A stretch of 64,000 bases of DNA, taken from assembly GCA_965197475.1 (NCBI GenBank), contig CBDANF010000002.1:800001-864000 (forward strand), written 5' to 3'. This DNA is from Candidatus Poribacteria bacterium. Lineage in GTDB: Bacteria > Poribacteria > WGA-4E > WGA-3G. The notes under the pieces are model-generated. The model did no database searches and was not told the DNA's origin. It was given only the letters and a program-made list of their open reading frames with translations. Position 1 is the first letter of the stretch. Each line of letters begins with the position of its first letter. Positions 61,234-64,000 of this stretch are shown one piece after another. Both the position numbers and the translations under genes were made by a program.

Positions 61234-62175
61234 TTACGCATCTTGTTGAATAGCATGAATCAATGCTTGATTCATTCGGTCGCGGAGTGCTTGTTGTTGC
61301 TCGTCTGTCCATTGATAAAACCCTTCCCCAGATTTCACACCGAGTTTGCCGGTGTCAACCATTTCTCGAAGGAGTGGATTGATGTCGGGAGAACTGTTTA
61401 AGTCTTTATAGAGTTCTTCAAAGGCAGCAAGCACTAAATCCCATCCTGCAAGTTCAAACACTTCAAATGGTCCTGCAACGCTAAGCCGCCTGCCAAAACT
61501 GTTGTGTACGACGAGGTCAACCGTCTCAGCACTGGCAATTCCTTGCTCCACAATGGCAAACGCTTCTCGGATAAGTGCAGCTTGCAGCCTCGGTCCCACG
61601 AAACCGAGTGCCTCCTTCTCAATAATCGCGGGTGTTTTGCCGATAGCGGTTAGGAGATCAAATGTCACAGACACGGTCTCATCGGATGTATCAGGACTGC
61701 GGATAAGTTCAACAAGCGGAATCAGATAAGGTGGATTAAAGTAGTGTGTGTTGAGTATCTTATCGGTGCGTTTGGCTTTCGCTCCAATCTGACTGGGCAT
61801 TAACGCGGTTGTGTTGCTTGCTAAAATTGTGTGCGGTTGACACAAGGTATCTAATTTCTCAAAAATCTGCTGTTTTAGCGACAGATTCTCGGTGACTGCC
61901 TCAACGACGAAATCTGCGATCTCTGATGCGACGGTGAGATCAGTAGTGGTCTGGATACGCTGCATGATTTCCGGGATGCGCGTATTTTCGATGACAGCAT
62001 GTTCAGCGAGCAGTGTCAGGTTTTTGCCGATCTGGACGCGTGCGTTATTGAGTTGTTCTTCGGTAATATCGTGGAGGTGGACACGGTAACCCGCACATGC
62101 GAATTCTTGTGCGATGCCGTGTCCCATCAGCCCTGCGCCGATTACGGCGATGTTTGTGATCTTGTTATTTGTCAT
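61234..62175 (-). CDS. 3-hydroxyacyl-CoA dehydrogenase family protein
   Basis: IGAGLMGHGIA, EAV.E, LASNT, HYFNPP..PLVE, GKLGVKSGEGFY. Confidence 0.92.
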   Translation of the reverse strand: MTNNKITNIAVIGAGLMGHGIAQEFACAGYRVHLHDITEEQLNNARVQIGKNLTLLAEHAVIENTRIPEIMQRIQTTTDLTVASEIADFVVEAVTENLSLKQQIFEKLDTLCQPHTILASNTTALMPSQIGAKAKRTDKILNTHYFNPPYLIPLVELIRSPDTSDETVSVTFDLLTAIGKTPAIIEKEALGFVGPRLQAALIREAFAIVEQGIASAETVDLVVHNSFGRRLSVAGPFEVFELAGWDLVLAAFEELYKDLNSSPDINPLLREMVDTGKLGVKSGEGFYQWTDEQQQALRDRMNQALIHAIQQDA

Positions 62176-62208
62176 ATTTTTGGTTATGGATTGTTGGTTC
62201 AGACAATT

Positions 62209-62889
62209 TCATGCGCCAATAACAATAGTAAATTCGCCACGTGGTTCGGTAGATCGGAATTTTTCGAGTGCTTGGCTGATGTTGCCGCGGAATATCTCCT
62301 CAAATCGCTTTGTGAGTTCACGTGCGATGACGATGTCGCGTTCCCCCATCACATCAAGCGCGTCCTCAAGAAAGCGGCAGAGCCGATGCGGCGACTCAAA
62401 CAGTATTAGGGTTCGCTCTTCGTTAGCGAGGCGTGCCAATTGACGTTTACGTTTTCCCGATTTCGGAGAGAGGAATCCTTCAAAGGTGAAGTTATGTAGC
62501 GGTAGACCAGAGACAGCTGCCGCCGCAAGGATTGCTGAAGCACCAGGGATCGGCACGATCGGCACGGCTTCAGCGACGCACTCCTGTAGGAGCGGATAAC
62601 CTGGATCTGATATCGTGGGTGTGCCAGCATCCGAGACGAGCGCGATAGATTCTCCTGCCTTCAACCGTGCGACCAATTTTTCCGATTTCGTCTTTTGGTT
62701 TCCTTCAAAATAACTCGTGAGCGGGGTTTTGATTTCGTAATGTGTTAATAATCGGCGTGTCTGGCGGGTATCTTCAGCGGCAATCAGGTCAACCTCTTTG
62801 AGGACACGTAATGAGCGTAAGGTAATGTCCTCTAAATTTCCGATCGGTGTGCTGACGAGGTAAAGTGTGCCGGGGTCAATGTTGTGCAT
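62209..62889 (-). CDS. rsmI: 16S rRNA (cytidine1402-2'-O)-methyltransferase
   Basis: LYLVSTPIGNLEDIT, AAEDTR, VSDAGTPTISDPG, FESPHR, RELTK.FEE. Confidence 0.95.
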   Translation of the reverse strand: MHNIDPGTLYLVSTPIGNLEDITLRSLRVLKEVDLIAAEDTRQTRRLLTHYEIKTPLTSYFEGNQKTKSEKLVARLKAGESIALVSDAGTPTISDPGYPLLQECVAEAVPIVPIPGASAILAAAAVSGLPLHNFTFEGFLSPKSGKRKRQLARLANEERTLILFESPHRLCRFLEDALDVMGERDIVIARELTKRFEEIFRGNISQALEKFRSTEPRGEFTIVIGA

Positions 62890-63072
62890 GTTTTTATTGA
62901 TTGTTAAAAGAGATTTTGGATGCCACCTGAAACCTTTTAGTGGTATTTTAGCAAAAGTTGCAGATTTCGGCAAGGGTGTAGGAAACAAAGGTTCGTTAGT
63001 TTCTTTACATAAAAATTGGAAATATGGTATAATTATTCACAAAATATGAACTGCGATCAGGAGAAAACATAT

Positions 63073-64000
63073 ATGAGCAGCAGTCCAGCTTATAACCTGT
63101 TAGCTGAAACGTTAGAGAGACAGGGAATTCAGGTTGAGGCAATTAAAGCGCACCTCAAACAGCAACATATTGAAACACCGTCATGGGGTTACGGTAATTC
63201 CGGCACTCGATTTGGCGTGTTTGAACAACCCAGCGCAGCAAGGAACGCCGCTGAACGTTTAGAAGATGCAGCCACTGTGCACCGATTCACCGGCGTTGCA
63301 CCCACCGTTGCACTTCACATTCCATGGGATAAAACTGACGACTGGGGAGCATTGAAACAATACGCTGCAGATGTTGGCATCGGTATCGGCGCGATTAACC
63401 CGAACGTTTTTCAAGACCAAGTATACAAACTCGGTAGCGTCTGCAATCCGAACGCAGATATACGCCGTCTCGCGATTGACCACATGTTAGAATGTGTTGA
63501 CATAATAGAAAAAATGGGGTCGGATTTACTTAGTTTGTGGTTCGCTGACGGCACAAACTTTCCCGGTCAAGCCAACTTCAGAAAACGTAAGCAGTGGATG
63601 ACAGAAGCGTTAGGCGAAGTTTACGATGCACTTCCTGATGCCACCCGAATGCTGATTGAATATAAGTTCTTTGAACCGGCATTTTATCACACCGATTTAG
63701 CAGATTGGGGTGCCGCTTACTTGATGGCAACAAAACTGGGACCGAAAGCGCAAGTCCTCGTTGATCTCGGGCACCATCCCCAAGGCACCAATATTGAGTT
63801 CATTGTCGCATACCTAATTGACGAAGGTAAGCTCGGTGGATTCCACTTCAACTGCCGAAAATACGCGGACGATGATCTGACAGTAGGGTCTATTAATCCA
63901 CAAGAACTCTTCTTAATCTATACTGAGCTTGTCGCTGCAGAACTTGATCCAGAAACGGAAACTGATATCGCCTATATGATTGACCAGAGTCACAATTTGA
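63073..64000 (+). CDS. rhaI: L-rhamnose isomerase (RhaI subtype), truncated by the window end
   Basis: Not in the ORF track because it has no stop here. RBS AGGAG; [55 protein letters not shown]. Confidence 0.88.
   Translation, partial: MSSSPAYNLLAETLERQGIQVEAIKAHLKQQHIETPSWGYGNSGTRFGVFEQPSAARNAAERLEDAATVHRFTGVAPTVALHIPWDKTDDWGALKQYAADVGIGIGAINPNVFQDQVYKLGSVCNPNADIRRLAIDHMLECVDIIEKMGSDLLSLWFADGTNFPGQANFRKRKQWMTEALGEVYDALPDATRMLIEYKFFEPAFYHTDLADWGAAYLMATKLGPKAQVLVDLGHHPQGTNIEFIVAYLIDEGKLGGFHFNCRKYADDDLTVGSINPQELFLIYTELVAAELDPETETDIAYMIDQSHNL

Overview
Bacterial chromosomal window, moderately AT-rich. It is most likely Candidatus Poribacteria or a relative, inferred from the C-terminal KLATTWG motif, NYPNPFNPETWIPY C-terminal domain, and WD40/TPR/LamG/ASPIC expansions. 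Housekeeping genes: pyrR-pyrC-carA-carB, nagB, selA, mobA, rsmI, partial rhaI, an AddA/AdnB-like helicase and archease. Accessory content: a TdeIII/MjaII-like type II restriction-modification pair, an AAA+PD-(D/E)XK protein, three IS elements (IS5-like remnant, IS1595, IS630), several MITEs and REP-like palindromes, catabolic enzymes, and a four-gene secreted WD40 array. Best leads: (1) a PyrR attenuator in which the PyrR loop holds the Shine-Dalgarno of a 67-codon leader ORF whose stop codon sits inside the terminator; (2) a HigB toxin, now split by IS1595, paired with a HigA N-terminal domain fused to TPR repeats instead of an HTH; (3) a candidate short C-terminal sorting signal; (4) a divergent HPPD-like metalloenzyme; (5) a helicase with an apparently dead nuclease domain. 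I saw no rRNA, tRNA or CRISPR array. All family assignments come from motif recognition by eye, not database searches.
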